Below, piece after piece: positions 10,073 through 22,292 of a stretch of 64,000 bases of DNA (its first letter is position 1; each line of letters begins with the position of its first letter). This stretch comes from Rhynchopus sp. YZ270_cl-10 (taxonomy: Eukaryota), in the NCBI GenBank assembly GCA_964035575.1, contig OZ037843.1:1054001-1118000 (forward strand), written 5' to 3'. The translations under genes were made by a program, and so were the position numbers. The notes below the pieces were generated by a model. The model saw nothing but the letters and a program-made list of their open reading frames with translations. It ran no database searches and had not been told where the DNA came from.

Positions 10073-12052
10073 CAGGCCTAATGCTAACCGTCGGTTCGTC
10101 CGTTCACTTTTATTTATTATTATTTTTATTTATCCGTTGGTTCATCGGTTCACCCTTAAAAATGGGGGTTTTTTGGGATGGGGGGTTCTCTGCCTGTGGT
10201 ATGCCGTGGGTACCTTGGTCCTGGAGATGTGGGCACCTGCGCCGCATCTTCAGGAGGAAGGGAGATTAAAAGAAGGACACAGCAGTGCATACTGCGGCCC
10301 CCACCACTGGGTTCGAGGAGGAGGAGGGTCTGTCAGTCGACGAGACATCGAGTGTTGGAGAAGTTCTGATCTCTGAAGATACAGAGAGCAGTGTTGCATC
10401 TGTTGATGTTAAAGAGGAAAGCGAAGATAGCGATTGCGATGGCGGTGGCGGTGACGATGGAGACTTGTTTCAGGGACTCAATAATGCACCCCCCTTGCCG
10501 GCAAAAATTAAAAAAGTAGCCTACCGTGCGCCTGCGGCGCAGCTCAAAAACTGGCAGCCCACAGACCTCTACCATAGTTTGGCTGTAAAAATGTTCGGTT
10601 TTAGGTCACAAATTTTGAAATGTTGCGTACCGTGGCTTCGCCAGAAAGTTTTGATATTAACCGCCGTTTCTTCTTGTCCTGAGGGAAGGTTTCGTTCACT
10701 AGAGAGAACCTAATGCGAGGGCTTGACGTGGAAAAACGTGAGAAAAGAGTTGGTTTGGTTCTTGATGTACGTTACCATCCCACGTCATCACGTATTTACG
10801 CGAAATGAACGGACCTTTTCGCGCGGAGCGCGAAAAATTTTTATTTGACCCCTTTTTGGACATATCTTCACGATTTTGGGGGAAAATTTTTTTCATGAAG
10901 ATAAGCGAAAACCCTGGACCCCTTCCCGGAGGGAAATTTTTTTTTCGTTTTTTGAGGTGATCCAGTCTCACGCTTTTTCACACATTTTCACTTGGTTTCA
11001 CGGTGTGAAAAAGTGTGTACGAAAGTGAAAAAAAAAACTGCTTCACGCACTCTGAGTGGATTCCTCCAGAAAAAAAACTTGGTGTTTTCACATGGTTTCA
11101 CACATTTTCACTTGGTTTCACATATTTTCACTTGGTTTCACACATTTTCACTTAATTTCACACATTTTCACTTAATTTCACACATTTTCACCTTGGTTTC
11201 ACACATTTTCACTTGGTTTCACACATTTTCACTTAATTTCACACATTTTCACCTTGGTTTCACACGTTTTCACTTGTTTTCACACGTTTTCACGGTGTGA
11301 AAACGTGTGGAAAAGTGTGCGCTGGATCACCTCATTTTTTTTTTTTTTTCCCCGTCGGCAGAGGTTTTTTTAGGAACCGGTTTTTTTGAGCTTAGGGGGG
11401 GTGAGATGTTTTTTGGTCAAAAAAAAAATTCGCGCGCTTCGCGCGCGAAAACCCTGGAGAAGCTAGTTTGTGGGGTTTTTTGGAATACGTCCGCGCTGTG
11501 GTGGGGTCAATTTGACGAAATGGGCAAGTTCTTGGTTTTGCTCAAAAATGAGTGGTAAGGGAAAGGGGCCAGTGAAAACATAGTGGATAATATAAGAAAC
11601 AAGAAAAGGGAGAAATAGGTCAAGGGCTGCCCGCCGCAGGCGGAATTTTTTTGATACATGCACTTTTTTGGGGTCAGCACCCAGTACCATGTCATGGGAA
11701 GAGTGGATGCTAGCTTGCGCCGCAGGCGCACGGTACGCTACTTTTATTATTTCGCCATATCCTTTTTCTCATTCCCCGTTGGGTTCTGCGAGCTCCGTCC
11801 GTCAAATGCTAGAAAACACTTGTATTTTATAGTCTTTGGAAAACACGCCCACATTCTAACTCCGTCTTTTTGACTCACCCCCTCCAAAAACTCAAAACTC
11901 CCAAAAACCACCCAAAATTTTTGCTCACCCCCCCTAAAAACTCAAAAAAAAATCGTGAGAGGGGGTGAAACCCCCCCTCACCCCCCCTAAAAAAAAACTC
12001 TGCCCGTCGGTTCACTTTTTCCCCCCCTCCCCCAAAGTTAGCATTAGGCCTG
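10073..12052. mobile_element. Non-autonomous TIR element (composite)
   Basis: TIR caggcctaatgctaac / gttagcattaggcctg. Internal parts recur at ~19300-19660 and 63420-64000. Confidence 0.65.
10954..11333. mobile_element. MITE with GAG termini and a ~20-bp internal minisatellite, nested in a T-rich site
   Basis: TIR gaggtgatccag / ctggatcacctc; internal (ttttcacttggtttcacaca)n. Confidence 0.7.
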
Positions 12053-12117
12053 ATTTTTAACCACCCTGATACCCTGCTTCACACTTTTCTATAGAAAGTA
12101 TATGAAATAATTGGCGC

Positions 12118-13041
12118 ATGTTTTGTACTCTCTTTGACGACTCTGGGGACCCACAGGACGATTCGTTGCCGGCCACACCAAACACCGCGAAGAATGCGGG
12201 TGGGTGCAGGCGCATAAAAATAGACGTTCTCCTCCAGGACTTCGAACGCAAGGTCGCGAACGTGACGAAAGACGTCCTCACCCCTACCTGGGGGGCCGGG
12301 GTGTTCGAGGAATCACTCCCTTCCACACCGCTGGTGTTTGAAGCGTCCCCCCGGTGTTTGAAGCGGGACGATCGGCCCAACCCAGTAGAACGTTCTGTTG
12401 AGAGCCCCCTGAAGCCACGCGCGCCGGCCATAGCAACACGGGGACGCAGTACACAGAATTCGAGGACTCCAAAGCGCGTCGCATCACCGCTTTTAAAACC
12501 CAAGCCGTGTGTTGCACCAGGTTCGGCAGCTAGCAGGGAGCGCAGCTTGCAGCGGTATGTCGTTGAGTACTTGGAGACGTCTGCCGCAAAGGTCGTGCAA
12601 CGTAGCTGGCGGCGGATGCTGCTGCGCACAGAGATTGCGAGGAGGTGTGCAGCAAAGAAGCGGGCGCTGCCTCCTCTCGAGGGGCAGGCCAACATATCAC
12701 ATCAGTCGGCCAAGCTAAGCATCGTCACAAGGCGTGCCACAAAGCCTCTTGTGATACACCTGTCGCAGTGCGAGGGCGTAAGATGTGATGCAGGTGGTGA
12801 TGATGGGCTAGTGGACCTGGATGCGGAGCTCGCGTCGTCGTCGTCGTGCAGCGACCTGTCAGAGGAGGGCGAAGTGCAGGCGCCTGGTGCGTTTGCTGGC
12901 GTGACCCCAAAGCCAAAGGCGCCGTCTAGGGCGCGCGTACGTACTGCACGAAGAGGGAGTGAGGGTGGAGGTGGTGCTAAGGCGCCCCACCCACCCGCAA
13001 CCCAAAGGCCGTCGTGCGTCACGGTTGCGAGGCATGCGTGA
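12118..13041 (+). CDS. Hypothetical low-complexity protein with an IQ-like motif
   Basis: 307-aa GC-rich ORF in AT-rich flanks; AAKVVQRSWRRMLLR resembles an IQ motif. Confidence 0.6.
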   Translation: MFCTLFDDSGDPQDDSLPATPNTAKNAGGCRRIKIDVLLQDFERKVANVTKDVLTPTWGAGVFEESLPSTPLVFEASPRCLKRDDRPNPVERSVESPLKPRAPAIATRGRSTQNSRTPKRVASPLLKPKPCVAPGSAASRERSLQRYVVEYLETSAAKVVQRSWRRMLLRTEIARRCAAKKRALPPLEGQANISHQSAKLSIVTRRATKPLVIHLSQCEGVRCDAGGDDGLVDLDAELASSSSCSDLSEEGEVQAPGAFAGVTPKPKAPSRARVRTARRGSEGGGGAKAPHPPATQRPSCVTVARHA

Positions 13042-13558
13042 GGGGGTAGGGTAAAAACGATGACATGTGCATGTGTCATTTACTGTAATCGGAATAATTC
13101 CTCGATGTCATTATGTGGTACGTGTTGGTACGTGTCATTCTCTGTACAGAACACACATTTTGCTAAGGTTTGTTGAGGCGTCGTGTGGGGTCCTTCCGCT
13201 GTTTTATTTATTATTCTTAAAACGCGTTCCTGGATTACCCCTATATTAGGACAACTTTGTGGGAATGAAACGCCCACGTCGTTTCGTTTTTTTTTATTCT
13301 CCCTAAGCAGGATAAGTGTTCACCTTATTTCTGCACAAACATCCGTTTCTTCTTATACAATTCTTTGGGAGGTACTGCACTGCGCAAGTCCCTGACACCT
13401 CTCTTTTCTTTTGTTGGCAGACCAAGGGGGTTAGCTATGCCTTACCACACTCACGGGGGGACGAAGTGTGCTCTCTGTGTTTCCTCCTGGGCCGGAGGGG
13501 TATGCGGGACTATTGTGTATTGTCCTCAGGGAGGTAACCTTCTCTTGTCTCTATTAAA

Positions 13559-13669
13559 CACGGGTTGCCTACGATCGTAGTACGATATTTTACGATTGTA
13601 GCTCTTTTTTTGATCGCACTACGATCGTATTATGATCGCAAAATATCGTACGATCGTAGGCAACCCGTG
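13559..13669. mobile_element. 111-bp MITE
   Basis: 21-bp TIR cacgggttgcctacgatcgta / tacgatcgtaggcaacccgtg; flanks tattaaa / aattaaa. Confidence 0.8.
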
Positions 13670-14092
13670 AATTAAATGCGCGTTGACCCGTGGTGGCTGG
13701 GGTGTATAAATGCTTGGGGCCTGGTGGCTTCCCCATGCCGTGAAAAAGCGACCAACAGGAGCTTGCTGGGACATGGCTGGGGGGTTATGTGTGCCTCCTG
13801 TTAGGAGGCCCGCAGCAGGCCCCGTTGTCGGACAACGTGGAAGGCTGAGAGAGAGAAAGAGAGAAGGTGTCTTCCTTGCCTTGGGTGTGAACTTCTTTTT
13901 CCTTCCTGCTATAACGCTCTGCCCGCTATCTTTTATTGCAACAGTTTTTATTTTTATATTTTGAGGTACAGTGTCACGAGAGGGCGTTGTATTTCAACTC
14001 TACTTTATTTATATTTTATTTACACTACTTTCAGGACTTTTGCTAACTGGCATGATGGCATGATGGCATGCTGTTTGCACTTTCAACTTCTC

Positions 14093-14158
14093 TTTTTTTT
14101 TGATAAATTGTTGGAGTAGTGTAGTTGCCTCGGTTGTGTTGCCACAGTTGTGCAATCT
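14093..14158 (-). mobile_element. Short poly(A) retroposon family B, copy 1
   Basis: Near reverse complement of 52366-52433, ending in ...ccaacaatttatc-polyA. Confidence 0.65.
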
Positions 14159-15604
14159 CCACTATTTTTTGAACATCATGCCATTCAGGGGAAAAATACC
14201 AAAGTTAGCAAAAGGCCTGCTGCACTACTTTCTCGCGGAAAGTGTCACGTCGTTCGCCCAATCATTTTTATTCCTCCTTTTTTATATATTTGGAATTCTG
14301 CCCCATACCCGGAACCTGTTGGAACGGGTAGGAAACCCCGCAGGTGACGTGGACACTGTCCTACCTATGAAAAAACATGGAAAATAAAATGGACAACTGT
14401 TCCTTGGTACATCACCCCCCTCCCAGCCTACCGTAAATGGTATTTGTGCAAGGTGACGAAGCACGAGGGGCTTGGGTGCATTGCATAAAACTTTTTGTTT
14501 CCCTTTCCCCGTTTTGTAGTCTTTTTGATCAACAAGCAAAGGGCGTCTCATGCATTTTTTTAGTTCGTAAAAAAGGCTGGGGGAATACAGAGGTTTCTGC
14601 CTCTGTTCTCTTACGGTACGGACCCACTCACGTCTCGCCCTTTGCATGATCTCTACTGAGATGCGTTTTTGCACCTTTCAACTCTTTTTTGTCAAAAAAA
14701 AACCCTTCCCCTTCGTTACAGTGAGATAAAACGATTTTACTAACGCGCCACGAAAAGCCTCCTGAGCCGCTGTTTCCCGCTCGAAGCGAGGGAACACGAG
14801 TTAAAGGGTGCCTTTTTCGTTCGAAGTGCGAAAAAAATGTTATTTCACTTGGTGTGGCTGAAAGGGGGTGCTACTTTCTGCTATTCTGGGCATCTGGATT
14901 TTTTGGTGCGGCTGAAGGGAGCTATTTTTGTGCTACTTTCTGCTATTTTCTGCTATTTTGGGGGCGTCGACCACACCATGAGTCACTGATTATGTGGGTG
15001 ATCTATGAATGGGGAGAGCTTTCTTCTCTATGTCCTCAGTAGCGTCTCACAGACTCCCACAAGCTCTCACTAAGTGTTCAGGGGATTTTTTTTGTACTTT
15101 TTGCACTTTTTGGGGGGGCATGCTTGCATCAGATGGAGTATACAGTGTGTCCAGTGTGTACAGCCCCCACCCTTTATTTGTATTTGTATTTTATTTTTGA
15201 AAAATTGAATAATTGATGACGTGCACACACCTCGCTTTTTTACTTACGCGTACTACTTCGTGAGCGGAAAGTGTCACGTCGTTCACCCCCTAACCGTGCT
15301 CCGCAACACCACCAACAGGTGAGAGATAGTGTGTGTGGAAGCGTGAACGTATTATACAACTACAAGAAGGGGCGGTGAGGGAACGACAAATGACACTTTT
15401 AGTTGTAATTTTACTTCACAAGGGGAAGACGTTGACACATGACGTTGACACGATGGCGTACACCAAACTATTTTCTTGTCTTGTTGCTTGTTCAGCCAGT
15501 CGCGACCATAAAACGTTTTTTACACGTGATATGAAAAACGGTGACTGCAGGATTTCCTAATCCTCACCCTAGACACGGCGGGTTTTCAGGGTTTTTTCTA
15601 GGGG

Positions 15605-18600
15605 CACGACGTTGAAGTAACTTACTTTACTTGTGGTTTTACATGTAATAATTTTTACTTGTGGTCACAAGTAATTACTTGTGACCACAAGTAACTTTTA
15701 CTTGTGCACAAGTAATTTTTTACTTGTGCACAAGTAACTTTTTACTTGTGCACACGGTGCGCTGGTCAGAGATCTGACCAGGTACCCAGGTACCCAGGTA
15801 CCCAGGTACCCAGGTACCCAGGTACCCAGGTACCCAGGTACCCAGGTACCCAGGTACCCAGGTACCCAGGTACCCAGGTACACGGTACACTGTGTACAAG
15901 GAAAAAAGTCGTGAAAGAGCAACCACAGCTCCACATGACAAACACAAAAGTGTCCAGTCACGTGGGGCATTCATGCACTGAGGAGATAATGTTCCAACAA
16001 TTTACAAGAAAGATTACTTAACCTACTGCTGGAAGTTGCCAGGTCGTAGTAACACACAAAGTGTGCCTCCGTTCGGGAAGACCGGATATTCTAGAGACCA
16101 AAAAGGCCTCAAGAATATCTTCCGGTAGTCAAGGTATAACCGAATGAACGGCCCAAGACCCCCGTGGAGAAGTTAAATGTTGTAATGCTATCAAGTAGAA
16201 ACTGCGACCACTGTCTTACCCTCCTCAATACATGGTGGAAGATGTCTTTGACAACAAATATCCTGTACCCAGGTACCCATATTCCCAGAACCACGCAGTA
16301 CTACGTCGCAGTACTACGCAAAATTTACCACCAGACCCTGTCTTCGTGCACCTGAAGTACAACGCCGCAGACAGGCCAAACATGCGTTGGACTCAGAGGA
16401 ATGCCCGCTGTGCAGGTATCATGAGAACCAACTCCCAGCAACAAGGGGCGCCTTTTGGCGGGCGTTGTTGAGTTGAGGGTGTTTGGGGTGCAAAGTTTTC
16501 CACAATTTTGATGCGCGGGTACAGAAGTGTTGTCTTGTTCTTTCATCTCTAGGAATGTAAATGTCAATCGCGTTTAACTACCACTAGGGCTTGTTCAGTG
16601 AACCCACGAGGGGTCGAAGGGGGTTGGTTATCCCATATCTATCAAAGGTTGTGTCGACCAGGCGAATCCACTATGTTACGCTGTACGTTGTTAAATCCGA
16701 AGAAATAACGCTTTAGCAGCCGCAGGAAGTTTGTTAAAAAGAGTGCCTCACGCTACACCCGCGATTGACTTAGATGTTATAACAAAGAGAATTCAGAACA
16801 AAACAACACCCTGCCCCATACACACTAAATTGTCATGCTTCAAGAGCATGCCTGGGCCAAAATTACTGTGACAAAAAGGCAACAAGACCACCCACAAAGA
16901 GTGTGAAATGTGCACTGGATTTCTGGGGGAACGCAATATTTTCTTGTGCCTCGTCCTCCGCAAGCAGAGGACAGACTTTCCGGAAGGTTTCCAAAGTCGA
17001 ATTTCTTGCACTAGCTATGCTCCCTGGTTAATGGCAATAGCAGTGACGGACAAAATGTTCCCACCCCCCTTCATCCGCAAACTCAGTATTGATGCAGGTG
17101 AACGTGTGTGAGTTGAATGTCGGAGACGGCGAAGGTTCTCATCGCACTCGCAGATGCTGTTCAGATTTCACGATCCTGTGATGAGTGGAAATGTGGGGTG
17201 TAGTTAGGTTATGGTAGCTTGGAAAATACAAGTTAATTCATGACTTCAAGAAAAATGGTTATCGAATTTGAGGATGTAGAAAGACAGGGACGCAAAAAGT
17301 AGTGTAAAACCCCCCATATGTGAAAATTGTATTTTCTGGGGGAGATAAAACCATACCTTGTCTGCACATTCACCATTTGTGCCAGCTCCTCTGAGGGATA
17401 GAAGCTGGTTCTGGATCAACGTGGACTGCTCTTAGGGGAACCGGGGAACCGTTCCCTGGTTCCCGTTCCGAAATGACCGGTTCATTATACTCCAGTTCCG
17501 GGGTATCGGACTGTTGGGGCCCCCTCGCCCGACCCCCAGATGACTGGCATGACAGCACCTTAATTTTTTTCTGCTCGCTGTGCTCGCGGAAGTACACCCC
17601 AAAAAAATTTCCGCTCGCTTCGCGCTAACTTTTGGAAAAAATCTGAAAAATCGTGCTTCGGGCCCAAAAAAACGCACCTCAAATAGGGTTACGTCTGGGG
17701 GTGAAAAAGCAGTGTTTTGTGGCATTTCCGAGCTGTGGTGGGGCATATTCGGAAAAGTGGACAAATTTTAGTGACTTAAATTTTCACATAATATGAACCC
17801 ATACTCCAAAACAAGGGGCATTTTCAGTCTGAAAACCCAAATTCAGATGAAATTGTGGTGTTTTTGACTGGGAACAGGTAGCGCCGCAGGCGCACGGTAC
17901 CCAACCTTTTTCCTTTCCCTTTTCTCTGCTTTCTTTTGATTGCGCGAGCTGATTGCTCTCCACGGTGGGGTCACATGTGTGTGTGAAAACACTCTAAAGT
18001 ACCCGTACTCTGAACTATGAGATTCCTCTGGTTCTAGTAAAGAAACCCCGTCTCAAAAAGTGCGTAAATATCCTTTTCCGCCCAAGAGGTCGTTTTGTTG
18101 CATTTCCGAAGACCCACCCACGAGACCTGTCAAATCTATGTGACATGTTATAAAATAACATCTAATCTCGCATGTCGTATCACCAAAAACCCTAGTAACA
18201 TTATCATCATGTGTGGGATGGTAGGTGTTCACATGACTCGTCACAACTCTTCACAACACAGTCTATGACATCTATTGTTGTGAAAGAGTTGTGAATTGAA
18301 ATGAAAATTTGTGTTCTCCAATACCCCGAACACCACCAGGAAAATTGAGCCTTTTGAGCCTTCTTTCGAGCCTTCTCAAGGGGAAAAAGTTTAATTTTCC
18401 CAGTTTGTAATTTTGTTTTGCCGTACAATTGGAAATGAAGCGTTCCTTGTGCTAGTGATCGAAGAAGACGGTGTAATCTTCTTCACAGGATTTGATCTTC
18501 GAAAATTTCAGAAATCCTTTCCGAGCAATGTCGTAGGTTTCTTATGAGGCGTTCTTCTGAGCACCCTCATAGATATTTGCTGCCTGCTTCTTCGTAGCCC

Positions 18601-18959
18601 TTCGCGATTTTGTGTTTTTGACGTTAAAATGCCTATGGGTGTTTTTTGGGGGTGAAAAAACCTCAAAAACGCGTTTTAGACCCCTAGAAAGGCTCAAAAC
18701 TGCTCAATTCTGGCTGGAATTGCAAAATTGGGCACTTTTAGGGTATGACCAAAAAAATTTTCGAGAGTTCAGTTAGTACAGAGGCGCACCTTAGAAGGTT
18801 TTGACAGGTGATTTTTACTTGTGCACAAGTAAAAAGTTACTTGTGCACAAGTAAAAGTTACTTGTGATCACAAGTAATTACTTGTGCCACAAGTAAACTA
18901 TTTTCACAAGTAAAATTACATGTAAAACCACAAGTAAAGTCATTTACTTCAACGTCGTG
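15605..18959. mobile_element. Non-autonomous TIR element with CAC...GTG termini
   Basis: TIR cacgacgttgaagtaa..acttgtggttttacatgtaa and its reverse complement. Subterminal ttacttgtg repeats. GGGG on both sides (possible 4-bp TSD). A solo end occurs at ~51144. Confidence 0.8.
15778..15882. repeat. (CCAGGTAC)n microsatellite
   Basis: Perfect 8-bp tandem array. Confidence 0.97.
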
Positions 18960-20099
18960 GGGGGACGGGGGGGGACGGCGTCCCCCCCCAGATTTTGGGG
19001 GGAAACGCGTCCCCCCCCGGGGGGGGACGCATTTTGACTTGGGAAAAAAAGGATATGGGGGGTGGTTGGGGTCACCCGCACAGACCCCCATTTGGGACAC
19101 CACGCACGTAACCCGTACCAGAAAAAAAAGGGGAGGCAGGGAGTCGAGCGCGCGCGAAGCGCGTCTTATCCCCTTCCTGGCATCATTGTGAAGAGGATAT
19201 AGCGAAGTAAAGTTTCAGACCGTGCCCCCAATTCACTCAATCTTTGCACCATTTGACGGACCGAACAAAGAGTGAGAATAAGGGATCGGCAAAAATAAAA
19301 AGTAGCGTACCGTGCGCCTGCGGCGCAACTCAAAACTTATGAGCGGAATCCCACAGCCCTCTACCATAGTTTGGCTGTAAAAATGTTCAATTTTAGGTCA
19401 CAATTTTTTGAAATGTTGCGTACCATGGCTTCGCCAGAAAGTTCTGATATCATGACCGCCGTTTCTTCTGGTACTGAGGGAAGGTTCCGTGGAACATGAG
19501 AAAAAGGGTTGGTTCTTGATGTACGTTACCATCCCACGTTATCACGTATTTACGTGAAATGAACGGGCTTTTTTGCGCGGATCGCGAAAAATTTTGACCC
19601 CTTTTTGGACATATCTTCACGGTTTTGGAAAATTTTCCATGAAGATAAGCGGAAACCCTGCTTGCACCTGCGAAAAAATGAAATACTCCCCCCTTCTTTA
19701 TTTATTCGTTGTTTGTTGTTTGTTGATCGCATCCATCCTCGTCCGTACTTCAGGCAAAGCACACAGCACTTTTGGTGGTTTGAAACACAGCAGTCCGCAC
19801 TAAAGTCAGATGTCCGCTCTGCACTTTACTTCTCTTCTTCTTCTTCTTCTTTTTTTTTTTTTTTTTTTTTCAAACCCCAAAAGTCCCGAAATACCCCGAA
19901 AACCCGCGTCCTGAAGTACGGGGGAGAGGTGGAGCACAAAAGGGGGGAAGGGGAAACGGTAAGACTCATGGCAACCGAAGAACGCGTCTTTCATTTCCAG
20001 ACGTATTGCATACTCGTACAAAATGAAATACTCCCCCCTTCTTTATTTATTCGTTGTTTGTTGTTTGTTGATCGCATCCATCAGGACCCTTAATAGGGA

Positions 20100-21700
20100 C
20101 GCGCAGCGCTCTCGAAGAGAGAAGTGATCGCCTGTGTTTGTTCGTTTTCCTTCGATTTGTCTCCTCTGGTGTATTTGTCTTCTCTCTGCTGTTTTGTCCC
20201 CACGTGAACGCACCTCCGGGTCATCCCTTTCTGCTTTGTCGTCGCAAACATTTCCGACAGAATGGCGTTCGCTGCGTAGATTCTGCTGTCCCCGCTCAAT
20301 GCAGAGTTGTCGACCTTCATGTATACAGTGCACGCGCTGGTGTATTTTGCCGCCAATAGCACAGACTTAGCCGCCGCATACAGCTCTTCAGGAAAATTGA
20401 GGTGTCCTGTCCCGCGCCGACCGTTCCCTGCGCTACCTTTCTCTCGTCTTCGTTGACTTCCAAGATGCTACCCATTCTGCTTTTGGGGCGTCAGACCACA
20501 CTATGAGTGTCTTAGTGGGGGGTTGTTGGATCCAGTAGTTCGTCGTCATCAGCGATACCCGCTTTCGCACTTCGGAAATCACGCTGCAATTTCGGCCAAA
20601 AAATTTTCTCAAAATCCGGGTTTGTAGTATTGACTTCACCTTCTGTTACCCGTAGTGACCGCTATTCTGCTTCATTATCGTACCCCCCTGCTTGTAGGTG
20701 TGTTTGCCAGTCACCCAAATTATCATGAAACTCTCGCGAGAGAGGTTTTTAAAAAAGCTAGTGCAAGAAATTCGCTTTGTAATCCGGAAATTCTGTCCCG
20801 CTTGCAGAGGTTCAAAAAAGTATGCTACTGTCTATTTCTTTTTGATCGTTCTTGTATTGCAGCGTGATTCCAAACTCCTCGGTACGCGCACGTGAACAAC
20901 GTTGTGCGATCGCAGGAGCGAACGGCCATCCCATCGCCAAAAAATAATAAAAACCCCTATCATCTTTTGTTAAATTGGTACGCTACCCACGTCATACGCC
21001 GATCTCCTGCGGTGTTGACTCCAAAAAACAAAGAACTGTTGAATGTTATTGTCTTCTTTGACATTTGCGGTGGCGGACCCCTCGACCTTTTCAGTTTTCT
21101 GCCACCCACGAATCGTAAGCTCCCCGACTTTTTCTCCACAGTGAAGGCATGCAGAATCACTTCTTGGGGGCTTGCAGATGTTCGCGACAGGACGCCGAAG
21201 TCGATGAGGGAATCCAGATTTTGATCCATGTGGCGCGAGGTGCCTCTCCTTATCCCTGCTTGCTTGTCCCAACCCTCCTTCAGGTGTGATACGAACGTTT
21301 CTCTCTTTCGGATGATCTGCAGAATGTCTTCCAGCTCGTTCTCCTTGTCGAGGCTCACCAGTGTGTCTAGGCAGATGCGTCCCCTCGATGTCGCCGCAAT
21401 GTAGTCCTGGTCGGTTTCTCCTGCATGCGCCTCGGCGGGCCGAGCGTTTGTGGCGCTGCTTCGTCGGTACGCATAGGGAGTTTGTATGAATTGTTCCGAA
21501 TCAAATAAATCGTCGCATGGTAAAGTTAAATTACTTCCGTCTTTTTGGCGCATTCGATAGCAAAGTCGTCTGTTCGACTCGGCGTGGACTCCTATATACA
21601 TCACTGTATCGGATGAGACCCTCCACCGTGTCGTGTCGCGTGATCATCTGGATCTGTTCCAACGGTACCCTCTTGTCGTTGAGGTGGTGCCGCTCCTCGC
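20100..21700 (-). pseudogene. Decayed RT-RNase H of a DIRS-order-like (tyrosine recombinase class; TATE/VIPER/Ngaro-type) retroelement
   Basis: Frameshifted pieces in the expected order: LIDFGVL..AFTVEKKSGSLRFV (RT), IVWSDA, IFL/ELYAA, VYMKVDNSA, HVGTKQQREDKYTRG (RNase H). No recombinase was recognised. Confidence 0.6.
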
Positions 21701-22059
21701 CTTAGGGAGTGAGGGGTGAGGTTCTGCTTCACTCTTTTGGCTCAAAATAGGTTTGTAACGCTGCTGATGGGAACATGTGTTCCAGTGTTCGCTTCTCTAA
21801 ACACAGAATGATCGCCTCGTCGTAACCTAGCTCTGTCTTCATGTGGTACTCCCAGTTTGTCTTGAATTCATTCAGGCGGCCGCACACTTCGCAGCTCCCT
21901 CATGTAAGAACCCGATAGCGCCCGTGAGAGAGTGTGCTGCGCCTTCGCCAGCTTGCTCTGCGGTGAGTGGCAGTTTCCTTCTCCCGAGATACGTAGGAAG
22001 TCTTTCGTCCAGCAAACGCTCAGGCTGCGGGATCGGCTCATGGTAAGATATGCGTGCGT

Positions 22060-22292
22060 ATCTCCTCGTTTGTTTATCTCCTCGTATGTTTATCTCCTCG
22101 TTTGTTTATCTCCTCGTTTGTTTATCTCCTCGTATGTTTATCTCCTCGTATGTTTATCTCCTCGTTTGTTTATCTCCTCGTATGTTTATCTCCTCGTTTG
22201 TTTATCTCCTCGTATGTTTATCTCCTCGTATGGTTATCTCCTCGTATGTTTATCTCCTCGTTTGTTTGTCTCCTCATTTGTTTATCTCCTCG
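22060..22292. repeat. 16-bp minisatellite (tatctcctcgtWtgtt)n
   Basis: Tandem array; a degenerate second block lies at 22870-23020. Confidence 0.92.

Noticed and set aside
10285..10713. Acidic 142-aa ORF
   Set aside because: It lies inside a TIR element and runs into a dispersed repeat; no recognisable domain.
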